Position numbers and translations under genes: made by a program. Below, one piece after another: positions 49,720-60,451 of a DNA stretch of 64,000 nt. The notes below the pieces were generated by a model. That model had not been told where the DNA came from, searched no databases, and saw only the letters and a program-made list of their open reading frames with translations. Every line of letters begins with the position of its first letter. Positions within the stretch are counted from its first letter, which is position 1. Source of the DNA: Minisyncoccota bacterium (GTDB taxonomy: Bacteria; Patescibacteriota; Minisyncoccia; Phycocordibacterales; JABAAK01); assembly GCA_965216295.1 (NCBI GenBank), contig OZ244141.1, positions 225,819 through 289,818 of the forward strand, written 5' to 3'.

Positions 49720-50337
49720 ATGGTGGCACAACAGAAAGGATTTACTATTATTGAGGCTCTTGTATCGATTGGTATTGCAACAGCAGTTATTACTGCACCG
49801 ATGAGTATTATTGCAAGACATTTAATTGAAAACGCTATCACCAAAGACACTATCGTTGCACGCTTTCTTGCACAAGAATCAATTGAGTATGCACGGTATC
49901 TTCGTGATAACGAGTTTCTTGCACCAACACAGATGTCTGAGAAGTGGTATGGTTCGGAGTTAGAAAAATGTAATGGCGTGGGACCCTGTGTGGTATACGA
50001 TAAAGAAAGTGAAAACGGATTGGTAGAAGATGGGTTTATAAACTATTTAGATAATAAAAGTGTGATCCCATTACCCCCAAGTGTATCTGTTAACGATTTC
50101 TGTTCCGAAGCAAAAAAGAACTATGGTCCAAGTTTGTATCATTTGGGTGATAGTGCAAAAAAATATAACAGTGGAGAATATAAAAAATACACCTCGTTAC
50201 TGTGGGTTAGAGATGCTAATATTGAACCTCCACGAATACTCATCGGTGCATGTGTTCTTTGGCAAGATGACAGAGGAAATGTGGTGAGTGTTGAATTACA
50301 AGAAACACTTTATCGGTGGATAAAAAGAAAGTATTAG
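49720..50337 (+). CDS. Prepilin-type (pseudopilin/minor pilin) protein.
   Basis: The N-terminal MVAQQKG|FTIIEALVSIGIATAVITAPMSI is a class III signal with E+5. Confidence 0.6.
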   Translation: MVAQQKGFTIIEALVSIGIATAVITAPMSIIARHLIENAITKDTIVARFLAQESIEYARYLRDNEFLAPTQMSEKWYGSELEKCNGVGPCVVYDKESENGLVEDGFINYLDNKSVIPLPPSVSVNDFCSEAKKNYGPSLYHLGDSAKKYNSGEYKKYTSLLWVRDANIEPPRILIGACVLWQDDRGNVVSVELQETLYRWIKRKY

Positions 50338-50340
50338 TAT

Positions 50341-53030
<2,690 letters not shown>

Positions 53031-53060
53031 GAGAAAGACCGTCTATGCTACTATGCACGT

Positions 53061-53339
53061 ATGGATGCTATCGTGCGTGCAATTGAGCTGTCACTCATAC
53101 AACGGGAAGGTGCTCATAGAGAAGAGGTGCGAAAGGACGTGTCAGAGATACTGGCATTTGTTGAAGAAGTCCGTTCTATCGCAATACCATCTCAATCTTA
53201 CGATGGCGCAACAACACAACAGAATGTTATGCGTGACGATGTGGTAACCGTTCCTGCCGCTACCTATCGGGAAGCAGTCCTTGCTCAAGCACCATTGCGA
53301 CACAAAGATTGGATTGCTGTTAAAAAATTTCTTCGATGA
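53061..53339 (+). CDS. gatC: Asp/Glu-tRNA amidotransferase subunit C.
   Basis: The 92-aa ORF sits immediately upstream of and overlapping gatA. Motifs: GatC-like IELSLIQREGAH...ILAFVEEV...NVMRDDVV. Confidence 0.65.
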   Translation: MDAIVRAIELSLIQREGAHREEVRKDVSEILAFVEEVRSIAIPSQSYDGATTQQNVMRDDVVTVPAATYREAVLAQAPLRHKDWIAVKKFLR

Positions 53340-54736
53340 AGTACGCCACCGCGACAGTACAAGAACTTGCCGATGCTTTGAAAAATAAAAAAGTCTCTGC
53401 GGTTGAGTTGGTGCAAGAAGCACGACGTATTGTTGCAGAGAAAGATACAGACATACACGCATTTATCGAAATATTTGATGACGCGATGGAAGATGCACAA
53501 CGTGCAGATAAGATGATTGCTGCTGGTAAAGCAACACCACTGACAGGTATCCCTATCGCTATTAAAGATAACTTCTGCATACAAGGTAAAGAAGTAACCT
53601 GTGCTTCACGTATCTTGGAAGGGTTTCGTTCACCGTATGACGCAACGGTGATACAAAAACTCCGTGATGCTGGTGCAGTCATATTTGGAAGAACAAACAT
53701 GGATGAGTTTGCCATGGGTTCAAGTACTGAGCATTCAATATACGGGACAACAAAAAATCCACACGATATCACACGTGTCGCAGGGGGTTCGTCAGGTGGC
53801 TCTGCTGCTGCCGTTGCAATGGGTGCAGTACCACTTGCAATCGGTTCTGACACAGGCGGATCAGTTCGGCAACCAGCAAGTTTTTGTGGAACGGTTGGTC
53901 TCAAACCAACGTATGGTGCTGTCTCTCGTCATGGTTTGATAGCGCTTGCTTCATCGCTTGATGTTGTTGGAGTTTTTTCCCGTAATGTAGCAGATGCACA
54001 AGTGTTGTTTGATACGATACGAGATGAGAAGAACAAGTATGATAGTACTATTAATATATACGCACCCAATGATACAACTCCTGGTGTTGAGAGTAACAAG
54101 ATAGGGGTACCAAGGGAGATGGATGAGATTGATATCACTCCGGAGGTTGCTAAAGCATACAAGAGGGCACTTGAGATACTCCAAGAGAAAGGAAAGGAGA
54201 TTGTGACGATTGATCTTCCGTTGTTGCACAAAGCGGCTTCTCTTTACTATATTATTCAACCCGCAGAAGCATCATCAAATCTTGCTCGTTTTGATGGTAT
54301 TCGGTACGGTAAACGTGGAGAAGGTGAAGATGTGTGGCAAGAGTATCTCGCTTCTCGTGGAGATGGTTTTGGTAGTGAGGTGGTGCGTCGCATTGTTGTC
54401 GGGACATATGTTCTTTCTGCTGGGTATTACGATGCGTACTACAAGACAGCAGTGCAAGCAAGGGAGGCAATGCGCAAAGAATTTCTCCAAGCACTCCATA
54501 TTGCCCCTATCATTGTCATGCCAACGACACCAGGTGTTGCTTTTATTGAAGGTGAGAAAAAAAGACCGACTGATATGTATGCTGAGGATCGATTGACGTT
54601 GCAGGCAAATCTCACAGGATTACCTGCAGTAACGGTACCAATGCAAACTGATGGATTGCCAATTGGACTACAGTTCATTGGTGGTTACCATCGTGAACAC
54701 GAACTCTTTGATTGCGCTCGTGTGTTTACCGCATAA
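53336..54736 (+). CDS. gatA: Asp/Glu-tRNA amidotransferase subunit A (amidase).
   Basis: The amidase signature is GGSSGGSAAAVA...GSDTGGSVRQPA. The catalytic Ser-cisSer-Lys context is present. Length is 466 aa. Confidence 0.85.
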   Translation: MKYATATVQELADALKNKKVSAVELVQEARRIVAEKDTDIHAFIEIFDDAMEDAQRADKMIAAGKATPLTGIPIAIKDNFCIQGKEVTCASRILEGFRSPYDATVIQKLRDAGAVIFGRTNMDEFAMGSSTEHSIYGTTKNPHDITRVAGGSSGGSAAAVAMGAVPLAIGSDTGGSVRQPASFCGTVGLKPTYGAVSRHGLIALASSLDVVGVFSRNVADAQVLFDTIRDEKNKYDSTINIYAPNDTTPGVESNKIGVPREMDEIDITPEVAKAYKRALEILQEKGKEIVTIDLPLLHKAASLYYIIQPAEASSNLARFDGIRYGKRGEGEDVWQEYLASRGDGFGSEVVRRIVVGTYVLSAGYYDAYYKTAVQAREAMRKEFLQALHIAPIIVMPTTPGVAFIEGEKKRPTDMYAEDRLTLQANLTGLPAVTVPMQTDGLPIGLQFIGGYHREHELFDCARVFTA

Positions 54737-54775
54737 CGGTAACTGTACGGGTGATGGTCTTGTATACTGCACATA

Positions 54776-55987
54776 ATGGCTGACGAAAAAGAAGAACTCA
54801 TTGAACCGCAGATAGGTCCTATTGAGGAGAAGTTGATTGACTTTGCAAAAACTCCCGTTGAGATTGGTTATTTAGCACTTTTTGTTTTTGGTTTCTTGGG
54901 TGTCTCTGCAATGACGTTGGTTGGTCAATGTGGTAACGTTGAGGATGTTTCTAGCCGTCTTGAGCGTATTGGTGAAATTGTTCCAGGATCTATTGTACAG
55001 GTGGCACTACAGATTGAAGTTGAAAACGTTATCGTACAACCTGGTGCCTGTGCCATTGTTCGAGACATAGAAGATGATGGAACGGCAACTATTCATGTAT
55101 TGGCAAAAGCACCACCACCATTTCTCACTGCCGACACGTATGAAGCAGATCATATATTTGAATACCTTTCCGTGCGACCAATTCAATCACTTTTCTTTAC
55201 TCTCTCCAACGGTCCAATAGATGACGGTATTCAATTAACTAGTTTGCAACCAATAGCTACTCGTGGGTTTAGTAATCTTGCTCGATGGTTTTACTTAGAT
55301 ATCGCTTTCTGGGTTATCATGGTCGTTATCGTCTTAACTTTCATTGCGCATCGTCTCGGCGTTCGCAGACGATTAGCGCGACAGGATTGGTACAGGATTC
55401 ATCTTCGTCGCATGGACTATCGTGTGTTGCTTGCGAAAAACAGAACAGAACGCGATCGCCTCTTTGCCGTATGGACTACTATGAAGCAATCAACAGAAGA
55501 GGTTGAAAAATTATTACAATCAGAATCAGTTGAGCAGGTAGCGCTTGCTCAAAAGGGTAAGAGCTTTATTGAGTTTATCAAAAGAAAAATACAGGAGATA
55601 CAAACGGTTGATGAAATCACTGAATCACCATCTGGTGGGCAGAAGAACGTAACAACAAAGGAAACTATTGCTCCTGTTGGAGAAGACATTGCCTATCAAG
55701 AACAAATTGCCATCTGGCGAAAGGCAATTTTGGATACCGATGACATACTGGCAGGAACGATGCAACTTATTGGAGAGTTTGAAGGAACAACGGTTACTGA
55801 AATGTTACAGAACACAACAACTGACGATGTGCCGACATTGCTTGAAGTATGGGATGCACACAAAATCGCACGCGCTACAAGAACACAAGAGAGTGCGTAT
55901 ACACCGATGCAGTACAAAGCAGCAATTAATGCTTACGAAGATACATTGATAAACTTTGGTTTGCTGCCGTACAAACCACAACCATAA
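54776..55987 (+). CDS. Hypothetical membrane protein (403 aa).
   Basis: TM helices near residues 30-55 and 165-190. No recognised motif. Confidence 0.45.
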   Translation: MADEKEELIEPQIGPIEEKLIDFAKTPVEIGYLALFVFGFLGVSAMTLVGQCGNVEDVSSRLERIGEIVPGSIVQVALQIEVENVIVQPGACAIVRDIEDDGTATIHVLAKAPPPFLTADTYEADHIFEYLSVRPIQSLFFTLSNGPIDDGIQLTSLQPIATRGFSNLARWFYLDIAFWVIMVVIVLTFIAHRLGVRRRLARQDWYRIHLRRMDYRVLLAKNRTERDRLFAVWTTMKQSTEEVEKLLQSESVEQVALAQKGKSFIEFIKRKIQEIQTVDEITESPSGGQKNVTTKETIAPVGEDIAYQEQIAIWRKAILDTDDILAGTMQLIGEFEGTTVTEMLQNTTTDDVPTLLEVWDAHKIARATRTQESAYTPMQYKAAINAYEDTLINFGLLPYKPQP

Positions 55988-56039
55988 TATTTTGTACAAG
56001 AGAACCCTCTGTTGTATACTAGGTAGTACAGCGGGGTAG

Positions 56040-56116
56040 AGCAGTCAGGTAGCTCGCCAGGCTCATAACCTGGAGGTCGTTGGTTCAAATCCAACCCCCG
56101 CTACCAATATTGCCTT
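56040..56116 (+). tRNA. tRNA with anticodon CAT (Met elongator or Ile2-lysidine type), CCA encoded.
   Basis: agcggggtagagcagtcaggtagctcgccaggctCATaacctggaggtcgttggttcaaatccaacccccgctaCCA. Confidence 0.8.
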
Positions 56117-56189
56117 TATGAATATCGTGCCATTCTTGTATCCATTCTGTTACACTAGTATCGTGTCACGAACCACTTCGTGACTTCTG

Positions 56190-56266
56190 TCGGCGTAGCT
56201 CAGTTGGTTAGAGCGTGGGACTCATAAACCCAAGGTCGGTGGTTCAATTCCACCCGTCGACACCAC
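56190..56266 (+). tRNA. Second tRNA with anticodon CAT (initiator/elongator Met or Ile2), CCA encoded.
   Basis: gtcggcgtagctcagttggttagagcgtgggactCATaaacccaaggtcggtggttcaattccacccgtcgacaCCA. The hairpin gtcacgaaccacttcgtgac lies just upstream (56167-56186). Confidence 0.8.
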
Positions 56267-56320
56267 TTGAATGGCTTTACGATATACTATACTGAAACCG
56301 TTCACAGACGTGTACGGCAT

Positions 56321-56394
56321 GCCACCTTAGCTCAGTTTGGTAGAGCAATGCACTCGTAACGCATAGGTCCGGGGTTCGATTCCCCGAGGTGGCT
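56321..56394 (+). tRNA. tRNA-Thr (anticodon CGT).
   Basis: gccaccttagctcagtttggtagagcaatgcactCGTaacgcataggtccggggttcgattccccgaggtggct. Confidence 0.8.
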
Positions 56395-56406
56395 CAGCAA
56401 ATATAT

Positions 56407-57273
56407 ATGGATACGGAAAAAAGAATACGAGAAATAGAAAAACACATGGCTCATCCTTCGTTTTGGGAGGACAAGGAGACTGCTAAGGAGGTTGTCAAAG
56501 AATACAACGAATTGAAGACAGCGACGGATAGTACCTATGATACCTATCCAGCAGTCATACACATTATTGCAGGAACGGGTGGTGATGACGCAGAAGATTT
56601 TGCGCGCATGCTCGCTGAGATGTATACGAAATATGCAACGCGAAAAAAGTTTACCATTCTTGAGTGTGATAGTAATCGGACGACACAAGGTGGTTACAAA
56701 AACATCACCATGCTCATTGATAATCCAACTGCCTACGACCTACTTAAAAACGAGACAGGAGTACATCGGTTAGTTCGTATCTCACCGTTCAACGCAAAAA
56801 AACAAAGACACACCTCATTTGCACTTGTTGACGTGACACCAAAGATACCACCAATCAAGGAGGTTGCTATCCCAGAAGATGATATAGAAGTGAGTTTTAG
56901 TAACGCAGGAGGTCCTGGCGGTCAAAATGTTAACAAACGAGAAACAGCTGTTCGAGTGACACACATTCCTACAACTGTCTCAGTGCGGGTTAAGTCAGAA
57001 CGTTCGCAAGGGCAAAACAGAGAACGTGCGATGGAGATTTTACGAGGAAAACTTTTCTCTCTCATGCAACGAAAGCGAACAGAGGAGATACGAGATCTCT
57101 CTTCTGAAAAAGGAAAAAGTATTGAATGGGGTAATCAGATTCGTTCATATGTACTCCATCCGTACAAGTTGGTAAAAGATATGCGTGTCAATTATGAGGA
57201 GCGCGATCCTGAGAAAGTATTTGACGGTGATATTGACGGTTTTCTACAAGCACTACGGGGATACTCTGAGTAA
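56407..57273 (+). CDS. prfB: Peptide chain release factor 2, short form (truncated domain 1; no programmed frameshift evident).
   Basis: SPF (LVRISPFNAKKQRHTSF) and GGQ (AGGPGGQNVNKRETAVRVTHIP) motifs and the RF domain 2-4 blocks are present. The track start at 56389 is GTG inside the tRNA-Thr 3' end. The ATG at 56407 is preferred, giving 288 aa. Confidence 0.85.
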   Translation: MDTEKRIREIEKHMAHPSFWEDKETAKEVVKEYNELKTATDSTYDTYPAVIHIIAGTGGDDAEDFARMLAEMYTKYATRKKFTILECDSNRTTQGGYKNITMLIDNPTAYDLLKNETGVHRLVRISPFNAKKQRHTSFALVDVTPKIPPIKEVAIPEDDIEVSFSNAGGPGGQNVNKRETAVRVTHIPTTVSVRVKSERSQGQNRERAMEILRGKLFSLMQRKRTEEIRDLSSEKGKSIEWGNQIRSYVLHPYKLVKDMRVNYEERDPEKVFDGDIDGFLQALRGYSE

Positions 57274-57300
57274 TGATATGGTACACTATGGTTAGTAACC

Positions 57301-58044
57301 ATGGTAAAAACAACAGCAAAGAAAGAAATGAAAAGAGGAGGAGGTGCTAAAAGAGCATCTCAAAATGCCGTACTTCTTGATGACGTTATAAAACACTATG
57401 GCAGCGGTTTAGCGCTTGATGGTATTTCACTGACTGTGCAACCAGGAGAATTTGTGACTCTTGTTGGGCATTCAGGCTCTGGTAAGAGTACTATTTTTAA
57501 ACTTATACTTGGTGATGAGCACACCACTGACGGTACCGTGAGTCGAGATGGCATTGATGTTGCAACCATGAACGATCACGAATTACTTCACCATCGTAGA
57601 AAAACAGGTACTATCTTTCAAAACTTCCGATTGCTTCCCACAAAAACAGTCTATGAAAATATTGCCTTTGCGATGGAAGCGCTTGGGTTTGATGATGAAC
57701 AGGTGGAGTCTGATGTACCGTATGTACTCGAACTGGTTGATTTAAAAGATAAGATTTGGTCATTTCCTGCGGAACTCTCTGGTGGTGAACAGCAACGAGT
57801 CGCTATTGCTCGTGCTATTATTAATCAACCAGAACTTCTGCTTGCTGATGAACCAACAGGAAATCTTGACCCTATTAACACCTATGAGGTCATTAACATT
57901 CTCAAACAGGCAAATAAGTTGGGGACAACGGTACTTCTTGCTACACACGATAGAAGTGTTGTTGAGGAAGTTGGTGGGCGTGTCGTCACGCTTGCAAATG
58001 GTCAAGTGACTCTTGATGATATGCGGGGTAAATATGTCCTGTAA
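57301..58044 (+). CDS. ftsE: Cell-division ABC transporter ATP-binding protein FtsE.
   Basis: Walker A (GHSGSGKST), the ABC signature (LSGGEQQRVAIARA) and Walker B (LLLADEPTGNLD) are present. It is followed by ftsX. Confidence 0.85.
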   Translation: MVKTTAKKEMKRGGGAKRASQNAVLLDDVIKHYGSGLALDGISLTVQPGEFVTLVGHSGSGKSTIFKLILGDEHTTDGTVSRDGIDVATMNDHELLHHRRKTGTIFQNFRLLPTKTVYENIAFAMEALGFDDEQVESDVPYVLELVDLKDKIWSFPAELSGGEQQRVAIARAIINQPELLLADEPTGNLDPINTYEVINILKQANKLGTTVLLATHDRSVVEEVGGRVVTLANGQVTLDDMRGKYVL

Positions 58045-58053
58045 ACTGCACAT

Positions 58054-58986
58054 ATGTTCTTTAAACAGATCAAACGAATTTTTTACTTTGGATTAGTGTA
58101 TGTAGTGAGGCGAGCGTTTGTCTCATTCTCTGCTATTTTTGTTATGACGGTGACACTCTTTGTCATCGGTTTTTCTTTTCTCTTCGGACAGATGATTGAC
58201 AATACACTTGATTCTCTTCACGACAAAATTGATATCACTATTTACTTCAAACAAGAGGCAACAGAAAATCAGATAGCAATTTTTAAACAGGAGATACAGC
58301 AGTTACCTGAAGTTGAAGAGGTTGTCTATGTTTCTCAAGTTGCAGCTTTAGAAGAGTATCGACAGCGAAATGCAACAAATATTGAATTACTACGAGGTGT
58401 TGAGATTCTCAACAGTAATGGTATCAATCCTTTTCGTCCACGCATTTCTATTCGTGCCACAGATACTGAATACTTGGAGAGCATAACGAGTATTGCAGAA
58501 AACTCAGATACACTTTCTGATAATCCGAATCTCATTATTGATAAGATTGACTACTACGAAAACAAACAGATTATCGGACGACTTGCATCACTCATTGATA
58601 CGGCAAACTTTTTCTCGCGCACTATTATTGGATTGTTAGTATTAATTGCTTTTGTCATTATCTTCAACATCATTCGTTTGATTATCTACTTGAGTAGAGA
58701 AGAGATTGGAGTGATGCGTCTCATTGGTGCTAATGACTGGTATGTTCGTTCACCGTTTCTTGTCTCTGGTGCACTCTATGGATTTATTGGTGCTATTTTA
58801 GCAATCATTCTCCTCTATCCTATGACAACGTGGTTAGGACCTCGAACAGCAAACTTCTTTGGTAACGATGGTATCTTCTCATACTATGTTTCTGAATTTG
58901 GTTTCTTGACGATTCTCCTCATACTCGTTGGTATTATTGTTGGTATCGTTTCAAGCCTTCTTTCATCACAACGATATCTTGATTAG
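58054..58986 (+). CDS. ftsX: Cell-division permease-like protein FtsX.
   Basis: Four TM helices with a large first extracytoplasmic loop. Immediately downstream of ftsE. Confidence 0.8.
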   Translation: MFFKQIKRIFYFGLVYVVRRAFVSFSAIFVMTVTLFVIGFSFLFGQMIDNTLDSLHDKIDITIYFKQEATENQIAIFKQEIQQLPEVEEVVYVSQVAALEEYRQRNATNIELLRGVEILNSNGINPFRPRISIRATDTEYLESITSIAENSDTLSDNPNLIIDKIDYYENKQIIGRLASLIDTANFFSRTIIGLLVLIAFVIIFNIIRLIIYLSREEIGVMRLIGANDWYVRSPFLVSGALYGFIGAILAIILLYPMTTWLGPRTANFFGNDGIFSYYVSEFGFLTILLILVGIIVGIVSSLLSSQRYLD

Positions 58987-59029
58987 TAGCGGACAAGGAT
59001 GTTTTTGTTGTATGCTTGAGGTATGGTTG

Positions 59030-59100
59030 TGCCGGATCGTCTAATGGCAGGACGTCAGGTTTTGATCCTGAAAATCGGGGTTCGAATCCCTGTCCGGCAA
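59030..59100 (+). tRNA. tRNA-Gln (anticodon TTG).
   Basis: tgccggatcgtctaatggcaggacgtcaggttTTGatcctgaaaatcggggttcgaatccctgtccggcaa. It has the U1-A72 pair typical of tRNA-Gln. Confidence 0.75.
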
Positions 59101-59119
59101 CTAGTATTAGGGTGGTTGT

Positions 59120-59314
59120 GTGGTATACTCTAAATGTATGGGAAAGGTTAATGCGTTTGGTATTCTTTGTTTTTGCTTAGCAATCATTCTCTTTATAGCA
59201 GCATTTATTCTGAATCCACGAGAATTAGTCGTTCCGCTTGCGTGGGATATTCTAGACGGCGTTGTTATATTAGTCCTTTTATACGCTGGATTTTTGTTTT
59301 CGGAAAAGATGTAA
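59120..59314 (+). CDS. Small membrane protein (64 aa, hypothetical).
   Basis: Two hydrophobic helices. A strong terminator lies immediately downstream. Confidence 0.3.
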   Translation: MVYSKCMGKVNAFGILCFCLAIILFIAAFILNPRELVVPLAWDILDGVVILVLLYAGFLFSEKM

Positions 59315-59321
59315 CCCACAC

Positions 59322-59358
59322 TTTTCCACAGAGGAGGTTTTTGAAACCTCCTTTTTTG
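59322..59358 (+). terminator. Rho-independent terminator.
   Basis: The hairpin ggaggtttttgaaacctcc is followed by TTTTTTGA. Confidence 0.7.
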
Positions 59359-59590
59359 ATTAGTAATGGTACTCTAGAGATGGAACGGGGAATGCAAACA
59401 AAAGTTTCTCGTTATAGCTTGAAAACTTAATTATAACAAAAGATTAGAACTGTGTAAGTTCAAATCACTCCGTTCATTTTGTTCTTTATTGTTCTTTCAG
59501 AATAAGTGTTGCTTTGAAATTTTTGATTAACACATATTTTTTTACCTTCCCGACAGATATCTCCTCTGATGTACTTCTGTCGGGATTTTT

Positions 59591-60451
59591 TTGTACAATA
59601 GTAGTGACATGAAGATACAGAGCAATCGTATACAAAAAACTATATACGCTCTACGAAATTATTATAGTATATGTCAGAGAGAGTTACCGTGGCGAAAGAA
59701 AACAAACAATCCATATCATGTTCTCGTCTCAGAGGTTATGTTGCAACAAACACAAGTTGATAGAGTGATACCAAAGTTTAAAATATTCATTACCACATTT
59801 CCGACTATACAAACACTTGCCAACGCAACACCAGCATCCATTCTTCGTGTTTGGAGTGGTCTTGGGTACAATCGTCGTGCACTAGCATTGGGAAGTGCTG
59901 CTCGTTGTATTGTTTCTGAATACAATGGAAAAATACCAAGAGATCGAAATCTATTACAGAAATTACCTGGCATCGGAACATACACATCAGGTGCGATATG
60001 TGCCTTTGCGTATAATAAAGGGGAAGTGTTCGTTGAAACAAATATACGAACTGTTGTGGCACATCACATATACCCACAACACCGTTGTATTTCTGAAGAG
60101 ATGATACACGATGCAGTGTGTGTGATGCTTTCGTATGCCAAAAAGAAACGTATACAACCAAACACATTCTATTCTGCACTCATGGATTACGGTGCACACT
60201 TAAAAGAAACTGGCATTTCTGTTGCTCACCGTGTTGCAGTCTCTACGAAACAGAAAAAGTTTTCTGGTTCAGTACGACAAGCGCGTGGTCTCATTGTCCG
60301 CACGCTCCTGGAAGAACCACATGGATTATCAAAAAAAGCATTTATCAAAAGAGTGACACACCAAAAACGGACATCCGCTCTATGCGCACTTATGAAAGAT
60401 GGGATAGTGGTGTGTGAGGGAAATACCTATACGCTGACACCAACACTCTAG
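59591..60451 (+). CDS. HhH-GPD DNA glycosylase, MutY/Nth family (MutY-like, apparently lacking the 4Fe-4S Cys cluster).
   Basis: VSEVMLQQTQVDRVIPKF matches the MutY (W)ISE(I)MLQQTQV block. The HhH-GPD motif is LPGIGTYTSGAICAFAYN, with catalytic D in place. Only one Cys occurs where the C-x6-C-x2-C-x5-C cluster would be. Confidence 0.7.
   Translation: MYNSSDMKIQSNRIQKTIYALRNYYSICQRELPWRKKTNNPYHVLVSEVMLQQTQVDRVIPKFKIFITTFPTIQTLANATPASILRVWSGLGYNRRALALGSAARCIVSEYNGKIPRDRNLLQKLPGIGTYTSGAICAFAYNKGEVFVETNIRTVVAHHIYPQHRCISEEMIHDAVCVMLSYAKKKRIQPNTFYSALMDYGAHLKETGISVAHRVAVSTKQKKFSGSVRQARGLIVRTLLEEPHGLSKKAFIKRVTHQKRTSALCALMKDGIVVCEGNTYTLTPTL

Noticed and set aside
53320-54259. Long minus-strand ORFs (53320-53904, 53929-54231, 53951-54259) opposite gatA.
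   Set aside because: They are antisense to a gene with an unambiguous amidase signature. Their composition is Ala/Ser/Pro-rich and shadow-like.
56389-56406. Possible RF2 N-terminal extension or programmed +1 frameshift upstream of 56407.
   Set aside because: The extended ORF starts with GTG inside the 3' end of tRNA-Thr. There is no upstream ORF in another frame that could supply an RF2 N-terminus. The short N-terminus therefore appears genuine.
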